Positions 49,275 to 57,566 of a stretch of 63,198 nt of DNA are shown here, piece by piece. The DNA is taken from NCBI GenBank assembly GCA_036554965.1, contig DATBMG010000032.1, positions 1 to 63,198 of the forward strand, written 5' to 3'. How positions within the stretch are numbered: the first letter of the stretch is position 1; the number at the start of each line of letters is the position of its first letter. The notes under the pieces are model-generated. The model saw only the letters and a list, made by a program, of their open reading frames with translations. It was not told the origin of the DNA and made no database searches. Source of the stretch: Burkholderiales bacterium. GTDB lineage: Bacteria; Pseudomonadota; Gammaproteobacteria; Burkholderiales; SHXO01. The position numbers and the translations under genes were made by a program.

Positions 49275-50513
49275 GTGAGCACAGCGCGCTCGATCGTCGT
49301 TCTCGTGCCTGCGGAAGCCGCGATCCTCGAGTGCGACATCCTGGGCAGGCGTGCAATCGATCATTTGCTTCAGAACGTGCGAGGGCTAGAAGACGCGGAA
49401 GTAAGGATCGTTGCTTCCGGCAGCTCGCAGTCTCTTGTCAAGGGACTGCCGAATGTCCCCGTGCGAAGCATGTCCGAACTGCAGGAACCGCCTCTGGCGG
49501 ACGGAATTGCTCTGCTACTCGACGCGCGCCTCTGGTGTTCCTCCGTGGCATTGGAGAGCCTGTTCGTGCGCGCCCGGAACAGCGCGAATGGCCTTCGCGC
49601 GGTACTGCAACGTGGCCACGTTTCGGGCGTGCGCCGGGTCGAGACCCTTGCAGTTTGCATGCCCATCAACAGGGATCGACCCAACTTGATCCGGCGGCAG
49701 CGGCCCAATTCCGCGGCAGGGCTCGAGCAATTGCTCGACGCTGCGACTCTCGACGGGACCGCGGTTTGCGAAGCGTTCGACCTGGACCCCGCATGTCCTC
49801 CCATTTATGTAGGCGGCCATGAAGGCATTGCGGAGCTGGAACGGCGCTTGCTGCTCGAGCGCGCGGTTCTTGCCATGAAGCAGGGCGTGCGGATTCGCGA
49901 TCCGCACGCCGTCTACATTCGCGGAGAGCTGGCGTGCGGCGCAAATGTGGAAATCGAGGTGAATGTCATCCTCGAGGGTCGCGTTGTGCTGAGCGACGGC
50001 GTGAAAGTCGGAGCCAATTCACTGGTACAGAGCTCGACAATCGGCGAGCGGACACGTGTCAATCCGTTTTCCATCATCGAGGACTCGACAGTTGGATGCG
50101 ACGGCTTCGTCGGCCCTTACGCCAGGCTCCGTCCGGGAAGCCGCATCGGAGACGAGGTGCAGATCGGCAACTACGTGGAGATCAAGAACTCGCAAATCGG
50201 CGCACGCAGCCGGATCAATCACCACTCCTTCATCGGCGACGCGGTGCTGGGCGAGCGAGTGACAATCGGTGCGGGAACCATCACCTGCAATCACGATGGC
50301 GTGGGCACCCATCAGACCATAGTCGAGCGGGGCGCATTGATAGGCTCCGGCTGCAATCTGATCGCACCGGTCCGGATCGGGGAAGGTGCGACCGTAGGCG
50401 CCGGCTCGACGATCAGCCGGGACGTTCCGGCAGGAAAGCTCACCCTGGCACGCTCGCCGCAGACCACGGTCGAAGAGTGGCACGGACCGCGGACAAGACG
50501 GATGAAGAAATGA
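49275..50513 (+). CDS. GlmU-like protein with a conserved left-handed beta-helix acetyltransferase domain and a degenerate N-terminal nucleotidyltransferase domain
   Basis: The C-terminal half aligns closely with my recollection of GlmU (GPYARLRPG, NYVEIKNS, GAGTITCNHDG, IGSGCNLIAPV). The N-terminus has VVLVPAEAAIL where GlmU has LAAGKGTRM. GTG start. Confidence 0.8.
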   Translation: MSTARSIVVLVPAEAAILECDILGRRAIDHLLQNVRGLEDAEVRIVASGSSQSLVKGLPNVPVRSMSELQEPPLADGIALLLDARLWCSSVALESLFVRARNSANGLRAVLQRGHVSGVRRVETLAVCMPINRDRPNLIRRQRPNSAAGLEQLLDAATLDGTAVCEAFDLDPACPPIYVGGHEGIAELERRLLLERAVLAMKQGVRIRDPHAVYIRGELACGANVEIEVNVILEGRVVLSDGVKVGANSLVQSSTIGERTRVNPFSIIEDSTVGCDGFVGPYARLRPGSRIGDEVQIGNYVEIKNSQIGARSRINHHSFIGDAVLGERVTIGAGTITCNHDGVGTHQTIVERGALIGSGCNLIAPVRIGEGATVGAGSTISRDVPAGKLTLARSPQTTVEEWHGPRTRRMKK

Positions 50514-51976
50514 GATCCATTCGGGTCGCGGTGTGGGGTCTCGGCCATCAGGCAAGCACCAATATCCTCCCTGCAATTGCCGAGGTAGACGGGCTGGAGC
50601 TGTACGGAGTCTGCTCTCGCAATGCGCGCGCCGTCTCCGGCTGCATGGACGCGTGGACCTGCCACGGGTGGACGGAGCCTGAGCTAATGCTCCAGGACTC
50701 GGCTGTCGACGTGGTCTATGTCGCAACGCCCACCGGCCTGCACGCCGCGCATGGCAAGCAGGTTCTGAGCGCCGGCAAGCACCTATGGTGCGAGAAGCCG
50801 CTTACCTGCTTCTTGCATGAGACGTTGGACCTCCTCGAAATGGCGAAAAATCGCCGGGTTAGCCTGTGCGAAGCGTTCATGTATCTGTACCACCCTCAGT
50901 TCGAGCGCCTATCGAGATACCTGTCCGAGGGTAGGCTGGGAGCGATCAGGTCGATCGCCTGCCGGTTCGGCATACCGAACCTGGAACGGGCAAGCTTCAG
51001 GACCGATGCTTCTCTGGGCGGCGGGGCGCTGTTCGATGTGGGCTGCTACCCGGTATCCGCGATCCATGCCCTGTTTCCCAAGGATGACGTTGAAGTTGTT
51101 CATGCAAGCGTGGGAAAGCAGAACGGCTACGCGACGGATACGGACGGTCATGCGGTAATTGCGCTGTCCGGCGGAGCGGAAGCCTATCTGGAATGGAGAA
51201 GCGGATGCTCGTACCGGAACGAGATCGATCTGTGGGGCGACAACGGCTCGGTATCCACGCAGAAGATCTTCTCGAAACGTGCCGACTACGTTCCGGAGTT
51301 CCACATCCGGGACCTGCGAGGCGCTCAGACGACCGAATCAGGCGCATCCGGCAATCATTTCTCCTTTATGCTCCGGTCTTTCAGGGACACGATCGAAGAC
51401 CCCGGGGCCGCCGAAGGCGAGCGTTCCCGGATCGCAAGGCGCGCGGGAACATTGCACATGATCCGGACCAAGGCTTACGTCCCGGTAGCGGCATCGACTG
51501 ACGTTCCGGTGTTTTCAGCAAGGAGTGCAGCAATGCAAAACTGGAAAAATGTGGTGCTCGACGAGCAATCCATGTGGCCGAAGGAGACGCGGGTCGAGCT
51601 GGAGGCGCCGCACGTCGACCAACGCGGATCCATCCAGCCTCTCGTCAACTTCCCCATGAAGAATCTTTCGCTGATTTCTTCGAAGAAAGGGACAGTGCGG
51701 TCGAACCACTATCACGCTACCGACTGGCACTATATGTACGTGCTCTCCGGATCGTTCGATTATTACTATCGCCCGACCGGGAGTGGCGAAAAACCAAAGG
51801 TCATTACGGTGAAAGCGGGCGAGATGGTCTTCACCCCGCCGATGGAGGATCACGCCACGGTGTTCCTGGAGGACACGCAATTGCTCGCCATGAGCCGTAA
51901 CCCCCGCGACCAGGAAACTTACGAGTCCGACGTCAGACGGGTCGTTCTCATCGATCCGGCGAGCGTGGCCGGATAG
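50510..51976 (+). CDS. Fusion protein: Gfo/Idh/MocA family oxidoreductase (about 340 aa) plus a C-terminal cupin domain (about 147 aa)
   Basis: N-terminus IRVAVWGLGHQAS...EKP with a Rossmann fold. The cupin part carries SNHYHATDWHYMYVLSG...DH. There is no stop between the domains. An internal AAGGAG SD (51520-51525) precedes the in-frame ATG 51533 at the domain boundary. Confidence 0.8.
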   Translation: MRSIRVAVWGLGHQASTNILPAIAEVDGLELYGVCSRNARAVSGCMDAWTCHGWTEPELMLQDSAVDVVYVATPTGLHAAHGKQVLSAGKHLWCEKPLTCFLHETLDLLEMAKNRRVSLCEAFMYLYHPQFERLSRYLSEGRLGAIRSIACRFGIPNLERASFRTDASLGGGALFDVGCYPVSAIHALFPKDDVEVVHASVGKQNGYATDTDGHAVIALSGGAEAYLEWRSGCSYRNEIDLWGDNGSVSTQKIFSKRADYVPEFHIRDLRGAQTTESGASGNHFSFMLRSFRDTIEDPGAAEGERSRIARRAGTLHMIRTKAYVPVAASTDVPVFSARSAAMQNWKNVVLDEQSMWPKETRVELEAPHVDQRGSIQPLVNFPMKNLSLISSKKGTVRSNHYHATDWHYMYVLSGSFDYYYRPTGSGEKPKVITVKAGEMVFTPPMEDHATVFLEDTQLLAMSRNPRDQETYESDVRRVVLIDPASVAG

Positions 51977-51979
51977 CAG

Positions 51980-53230
51980 ATGGCGGACGCGTATCTGCGC
52001 ACCGAGTGCCGCATGTGCGGCGGCGGCACTCTCCAGAAGGTCATGGCGCTCACGCCGACACCCCCGGGAAACAACTTCCTCACCGAGGCCGAGCTGGCCC
52101 TACCCGAGCCGAGGTACCCGCTCGAGCTGTACTTCTGCGCCGAGTGCCATCACGTCCAGCTAGGGCATGTCGTGGACCCCAGGATTCTCTACCAGAAGGA
52201 CTATTTCTACGTCTCCGGCACGTCATCCCAGTTCGTCGCGCACCTGCGTGATTATGCGGCGGAGATGCTACGCCGGTTCGAGCTGCACCCAGGCGCCCTG
52301 GTTGCGGACATCGGATCCAACGACGGCACCTGCCTGCGCGCCTTCCGCGATCTAGGAAACGTGAGAGTTCTGGGCGTAGATCCAGCGAAGAAGATCGCCC
52401 GACGCGCCACCGAAAGCGGCATCGAAACGATTGGTGATTTCTTCTCCAGCGAGCTTGCTGTTCGCCTGCGTCGGGAACACGGACCCGCGGCGTTCATCAC
52501 TTCCCACAATGCGTGCGCGCACATCGACGCCCTGGACGACGTCATCCGCGGTGTTCGGCATTGGCTCGCCGACGACGGCGTTTTCGTCCTGGAGGTGGGC
52601 TACTTGCTGGACGTGTATGAGAACGTCTGGTTTGATACCATCTACCACGAGCACCTGGACTATCACACGGTCGCCCCCTTCAGGAGGTTGTTTGCGCGGA
52701 CAGGCATGGAAGCCATCGGGGTCCGGCGTGTCAGCCCTCAGGGAGGGTCGATTCGAGTCATGGCCCAGAAGGCGCATGGACCGCTGAGGGCAGACGATAC
52801 CGTGGACAAGCTGGCGGCGCTCGAAGAGCGGAATGGCCTGGACAAGCCGGATACGTTCGTCGAATTCGGCCGCCGCATCGACAAGGTCGCCAACGACTTG
52901 AGGTCTCTGGTCAGATCGCTCAAGGCAAGCGGCAAATCCCTGGCCGGATTCGGCGCTGCCACCAAGTCGACCACGCTCCTGTCGCATTTCGGCTTGGGCA
53001 GGGAAGACCTGGATTTCATCGCCGACGACAATCCGCTGAAGCAGGGTTTGTTCTCCCCCGCCGCCCATATCCCGGTGGTGGGGCCCGAGGAGATCTATCG
53101 GCGTCGCCCCGACTATCTTTTGATACTGGCATGGAATTTCGCGCAGCCGATAATGGCGACGCACGGGAAATACTCCAGCGATGGCGGCAAGTTCATCCTG
53201 CCCATGCCGATTCCCCAGATCGTTCAATAG
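51980..53230 (+). CDS. SAM-dependent sugar C-methyltransferase family protein (Zn-ribbon, class I MT and C-methyltransferase C-terminal domain)
   Basis: 416 aa with CRMCGG...CAECHHVQL, DIGSNDG, and the long C-terminal domain typical of NDP-hexose C-methyltransferases. Confidence 0.75.
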   Translation: MADAYLRTECRMCGGGTLQKVMALTPTPPGNNFLTEAELALPEPRYPLELYFCAECHHVQLGHVVDPRILYQKDYFYVSGTSSQFVAHLRDYAAEMLRRFELHPGALVADIGSNDGTCLRAFRDLGNVRVLGVDPAKKIARRATESGIETIGDFFSSELAVRLRREHGPAAFITSHNACAHIDALDDVIRGVRHWLADDGVFVLEVGYLLDVYENVWFDTIYHEHLDYHTVAPFRRLFARTGMEAIGVRRVSPQGGSIRVMAQKAHGPLRADDTVDKLAALEERNGLDKPDTFVEFGRRIDKVANDLRSLVRSLKASGKSLAGFGAATKSTTLLSHFGLGREDLDFIADDNPLKQGLFSPAAHIPVVGPEEIYRRRPDYLLILAWNFAQPIMATHGKYSSDGGKFILPMPIPQIVQ

Positions 53231-53899
53231 GTGAAGAAACGCATACTCGTCGTCTCCCCTCACCCGGACGATGAAACGCTCGGGGCCGGAGGCACGATAG
53301 CCAAGCTCTCCGAGCAGGACCATGAGATTGCGGTCCTCGTCGTTTCCGGTCATCTGCCGCCGCTCTACAGCAGGGAAGTTTATGAAACGACCGTGCAGGA
53401 AGCGAGAAGGGCATTCGCTGTCCTGGGCGTGAAGAGCGACCGGTTCCTCGAGATTCCAGCCACCATGGTGGCGCAACAACCCGTGAGCGTGGTGAACGGA
53501 AAGGTCAGCGAGTTTGTCAGGGACGTCCAGCCTCACATCGTCTTATGCCCATTCCCGGACCGCCACGTGGATCATCGGGCGGTTTTCGAGAGCGTGATGG
53601 TGGCAACGCGCCCGGTCGGGGCGGGCCGCGGGATAGAGATAGTTGCCGCCTACGAGACGCTCTCCGAGACTCACTGGAACGCGCCGCACATCGAGGCAAA
53701 CTTCGTCCCGAATTGGGTGGTCGACATCACCGAGTACATGGATCGTAAGCTTGAAGCCGTTGGATGCTACGCGTCGCAGATTCCGGCGTCGCCGGGAGCG
53801 AGGTCGATAGATGCCGTCAATGCGCTGGCGAGGCTCCGAGGCACGCAAGCGGGCTTCGGGTTTGGCGAGGGGTTCCAGATCATCCGGATGATCAGCTAG
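53231..53899 (+). CDS. PIG-L/LmbE family N-deacetylase
   Basis: 222 aa with ILVVSPHPDDETLGAGGT and HVDH. GTG start abuts the preceding stop. Confidence 0.85.
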   Translation: MKKRILVVSPHPDDETLGAGGTIAKLSEQDHEIAVLVVSGHLPPLYSREVYETTVQEARRAFAVLGVKSDRFLEIPATMVAQQPVSVVNGKVSEFVRDVQPHIVLCPFPDRHVDHRAVFESVMVATRPVGAGRGIEIVAAYETLSETHWNAPHIEANFVPNWVVDITEYMDRKLEAVGCYASQIPASPGARSIDAVNALARLRGTQAGFGFGEGFQIIRMIS

Positions 53900-53936
53900 C
53901 ACGACGCTCGCCGACCCGGGCCCTCTCCCGCGCGGG

Positions 53937-56348
53937 TCAAGCTTTCGCAGTCCTCGGTTGGATGGATGCAAAAGATCTCAAGCGCGAGAGCAAGACTCCC
54001 CAGAGGAAAAAAGTGAAGATGCCGGGATAAGGTTGCCGAAGCCCGACCTTGAGTGAGTTATCCAGCAGTACAAGGAACAAGACCACCGCGGCGAGTCCGA
54101 GCAAGCCTTCCGAAGCGATGACAGCCTGCCGGCGCATGAGAATCATGGCTAGCGTATAGGCGATGAGCGCCAAAAACGGAAACATAGCAAGGGCGCCGAA
54201 ATTGTAGACGAAGTCGAGATAATAGTTGTGCGCGCTCGGGTATCTGGTTCGCTCCGGGCGCTCCGCATGTCCGAGCAGAAAGGCTCGCGGCCCACTGGCA
54301 ATCCCTGCTCCATAAAATTTCCAGTAGCCGATACGCTCGTTCATGTTTGGGGCTATCTCGTTCAAGTTGCGCGTACCTGTGGTGCTCGTTCCCTCCAATA
54401 AAGGATATTTCCAAGACATGTGTTCCCTCGCATAGCCTACATAGGCAACTGCGGACACTGCCACAACCAGCGTCATAACCGCCGGAATTCTGTCCCGTTT
54501 GACACGCCACCGCATGATGGCGAATCCGATAACGCCCGTGATGAGCGCGAGCATCGCAGACATGGACAAAGAGGCTGCTGCATAGAGGGCCAAGACGGGG
54601 GCCAGAACCAGCAGTATCTTTCTGCAATGAGAAAGATCCCAAAGGCCACAGAGCGCTACTAAGTACGCGCAGCACATGATGACCGGAACGTATTGCATGT
54701 GCTGATATACGCTGAACAGATACAGATACGGATATAGAAGCAGATAACCCTGCGCCCAGCTGAGGACAAGTTGCACCGGGATCAGCACAGCCAACACATG
54801 AAGAAACGGCTTCTCGAAGCCCGACAGGACGCCTTCCGGATCAGCGTAGAGCTGCCCGAGAACCAACGCGAACATCGGCAGAACAAACTGCACGAGCAGA
54901 ATCAGCTTCGCCTGAGCCTGCCCGGTGTCCCCCGAGGTCGTGAGAATGGCGGCCGCCAGCATCAGGAGGCAAGTGAAGAAGATGAAGGCCAGAGACAGCC
55001 TGGCCTTCCTGTATTCGCCCAGGAGGACGATTCCGCCGTAGCAGGCAAGAACGGACAGCGGAATCGGCAGCCGCGCCAGCATCCCGCCGGAATCGAAGAT
55101 GAACTCGGGCGAGCGAAATATGCCGCCCCTCATCTGCAAGAAAAGCGGGAAGAGCAAGGCCGCGGCGATCAGTGCCTTGAGCCTCCCCGCCGAGAGGAAC
55201 GAGAGGAGGTGCGTGGGAGACGGGGCCCTCTCCGAACTTGAGTAGAACACCAAGGCAAGCACGGCGCTCCAGAGATAGAGCGCCGTCAGAGCGGGCTCGC
55301 CAAGCAGATAGTACGAGAACGGGACGGAAGCAACGACCAGGATGTTCTGCAACACGTCGGGGCCAAATACATCCTTATGCTCGTGGTGCTGGAGCAGCCT
55401 GAGCCGGACGCGCTGCGCCTGGACCATGATCACTCCGCCGATAAGGGACAACCCCATCGCGCCCCAGAAAAAAGCGCTCTTGCCGGTCCAGCCTAGGAGG
55501 TTCGGTGCAAACAACGATCCGAGCGAAAAGGCCGCTCCGAGACCCAATGAGAGAAGAGAAACGCTCTTGAGATACCAAGGGAAATAAACGCGACCGCTGC
55601 GCTGTTCGTGAAGAACGATGCTCGGTCCCAGCGCCACGGCGAACACGGACCCCGGGAAGCCGCCGATCGCGAACGCGGTATATAGATCGCCCGCCGTTTC
55701 TTTTCCGGTCAGCGAAAGGATCAGTAGACGGAAGACGTATACCGTAACGCCGATGATGGCGGTCGAGCCGAAGTGGGGAGCCAGGATGCGCCATGACGCT
55801 GCAGCTTTTTCGGAGATCCTGATGGCGCCCTGAACAAATCTAATGTTGACCAGCGCAGGCAGCAGAGCCCATGCGTACCACGCAAGCAGTGGCATCGGCG
55901 CGTTGGAGAGCACCCACGCCAGGACCAGGATGAATGAAGCGCACTCCCGAAGCAGAAACCACTTCGCACTGCCTTGAGCGCGTGTCCGCTCCATCTCACC
56001 GAGATACACTTCGCTCAGCCACTCCATGCAGCGCCGCATGATGAGCGCAACGGCCAAGCCCTGTTCGGCACCTCCCAGCGGTGCGGCCAAACCCAGGGAG
56101 ATTGCCGCGAGCGGAACCATCAGCAGCAAGCGCCCGCGAAGGATAAAGCGCGTCGAGACCGGCGAAGCCGGGTTCAGAATCAAGTTGCGGGCGTTGGCGG
56201 ACAGCGCATAGAACAGAGCCAAAGTCGCGCCCTGAACGATGCCGACTTCCGCTGCAAGCTCGGAGCGCCCCGCCAGCCCAAGCGATATGAGCATCAGCGT
56301 CATGGCGAAGCTATTCACCGCGTACGCCACAGGAAACCAGTAGTTCAT
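53937..56348 (-). CDS. 803-aa polytopic membrane protein with a C-terminal Wzy_C (O-antigen polymerase/ligase) signature and a large extra N-terminal membrane domain
   Basis: More than 20 predicted TM segments. The C-terminal part has SAHNYYLDFVYNFGALA. Hand counts of two 60-nt lines give about 47-48% GC, the lowest seen in the window. Confidence 0.7.
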   Translation of the reverse strand: MNYWFPVAYAVNSFAMTLMLISLGLAGRSELAAEVGIVQGATLALFYALSANARNLILNPASPVSTRFILRGRLLLMVPLAAISLGLAAPLGGAEQGLAVALIMRRCMEWLSEVYLGEMERTRAQGSAKWFLLRECASFILVLAWVLSNAPMPLLAWYAWALLPALVNIRFVQGAIRISEKAAASWRILAPHFGSTAIIGVTVYVFRLLILSLTGKETAGDLYTAFAIGGFPGSVFAVALGPSIVLHEQRSGRVYFPWYLKSVSLLSLGLGAAFSLGSLFAPNLLGWTGKSAFFWGAMGLSLIGGVIMVQAQRVRLRLLQHHEHKDVFGPDVLQNILVVASVPFSYYLLGEPALTALYLWSAVLALVFYSSSERAPSPTHLLSFLSAGRLKALIAAALLFPLFLQMRGGIFRSPEFIFDSGGMLARLPIPLSVLACYGGIVLLGEYRKARLSLAFIFFTCLLMLAAAILTTSGDTGQAQAKLILLVQFVLPMFALVLGQLYADPEGVLSGFEKPFLHVLAVLIPVQLVLSWAQGYLLLYPYLYLFSVYQHMQYVPVIMCCAYLVALCGLWDLSHCRKILLVLAPVLALYAAASLSMSAMLALITGVIGFAIMRWRVKRDRIPAVMTLVVAVSAVAYVGYAREHMSWKYPLLEGTSTTGTRNLNEIAPNMNERIGYWKFYGAGIASGPRAFLLGHAERPERTRYPSAHNYYLDFVYNFGALAMFPFLALIAYTLAMILMRRQAVIASEGLLGLAAVVLFLVLLDNSLKVGLRQPYPGIFTFFLWGVLLSRLRSFASIQPRTAKA

Positions 56349-56384
56349 GGCGTAACGATCAGAATTCGCATGGCTCCGCTGCGC

Positions 56385-57566
56385 TCAAGAGTCGCCAGCG
56401 CTGTGAGCGCACGATGTTCCCGCACGAGATGCGGCAGGCGTGACGAGCCGTGCCAGTGCGTCGCGGGTAGCCCGGGCGCTCACCTGCCAGTCGTAGCCGG
56501 CCGCGCGCGCACGGCCGCGTTCCCCGATCGCTCGCTGCAGACCCGGATCGTCCAAAAGCTCGGCCGCGCGCGCGGCCAGATGGTCCGGGCGCTGCGAGTC
56601 GAAGTATTCCACCGCCTCACCGCCGAAATCCGGCATGGGAGGGAAGTCGGAACACAACACCGGCCGACCCGAGGCCATCGACTCGAGCAGGATGTTCGGA
56701 CAGTTCTCGCACTGCGAGGCAAAGATATGCGCGGTCGCATGCCGGTACAGGGCAGGCAGTTGCGCGTACGGGACGGGGCCGGCGAGCAGGATCCTATCCT
56801 GCAAACCCAGGCGCGCGATCTCCTCGCGCACGATTGCCGCGTAGCGTCGATCGTTCTCCGGTCCGGCAATCACCAGGTGCTCCGTCGTCCCCGGGCGCAT
56901 GGCGAGCAGACGCGCGTAACCTTTCACCACCTCGTGCTGCGCCTTGTAGTAATCGATGCTCGACACGTACAGCAGGTATCCGCCCTCGGGGATCCACGCG
57001 GGCCGGGCGAGCACGCTCTCGCCGGGAAAGAAGCCTGCGGCCACGCCGTGCGGTATGACCACCGCGTCATGGATCCGTCCACTCGCCCGCGCCTCGATTA
57101 TCCGTCGGGCATGATCGGCGATGAAGATCACCAGATCCGCGCGCACCATGCTGGATAGGAACACGCGCTCCAGGAGCCAATTGCGGACTCGGCTGTAGCC
57201 CAGCGGGTAATGGCCGCGCGCCACGGCATCGAACGGAATCATGTTGCGGAACATCGTCGCCGTTCTGCATCCCGGTGGTGGTCGGGTCGCCAGCGTGCCG
57301 CCCGGACAGAAGAGCACGTCCGCGCGCAGCCGCCGTAGCAGCCGTGGCAGCTCGGCCCGCTGCCACGCCACACGCAGGAGAGGGTTCTCGGCCCAAGCCC
57401 CCATGCGGGCCACCTGCACTGCCGGGACATCGATCTCGAGCTGAAAGGACGGTGAGACGAGCAGGATGATCTCGTCGCCTTCATACGGAAAGCTCGTGAG
57501 CAGATTCAGCAGGTAGGTTTGCCCGCCTCCCCGGCGCGCGGAGAGGCCGTCGATCACCAGCCTCAC
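56385..57566 (-). CDS. GT4 family glycosyltransferase
   Basis: About 393 aa with a GT-B C-terminal domain (FASQCENCPNILLESMASGRPVLCSD). GTG start overlaps the asnB-like stop (GTGA). Confidence 0.8.
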   Translation of the reverse strand: MRLVIDGLSARRGGGQTYLLNLLTSFPYEGDEIILLVSPSFQLEIDVPAVQVARMGAWAENPLLRVAWQRAELPRLLRRLRADVLFCPGGTLATRPPPGCRTATMFRNMIPFDAVARGHYPLGYSRVRNWLLERVFLSSMVRADLVIFIADHARRIIEARASGRIHDAVVIPHGVAAGFFPGESVLARPAWIPEGGYLLYVSSIDYYKAQHEVVKGYARLLAMRPGTTEHLVIAGPENDRRYAAIVREEIARLGLQDRILLAGPVPYAQLPALYRHATAHIFASQCENCPNILLESMASGRPVLCSDFPPMPDFGGEAVEYFDSQRPDHLAARAAELLDDPGLQRAIGERGRARAAGYDWQVSARATRDALARLVTPAASRAGTSCAHSAGDS

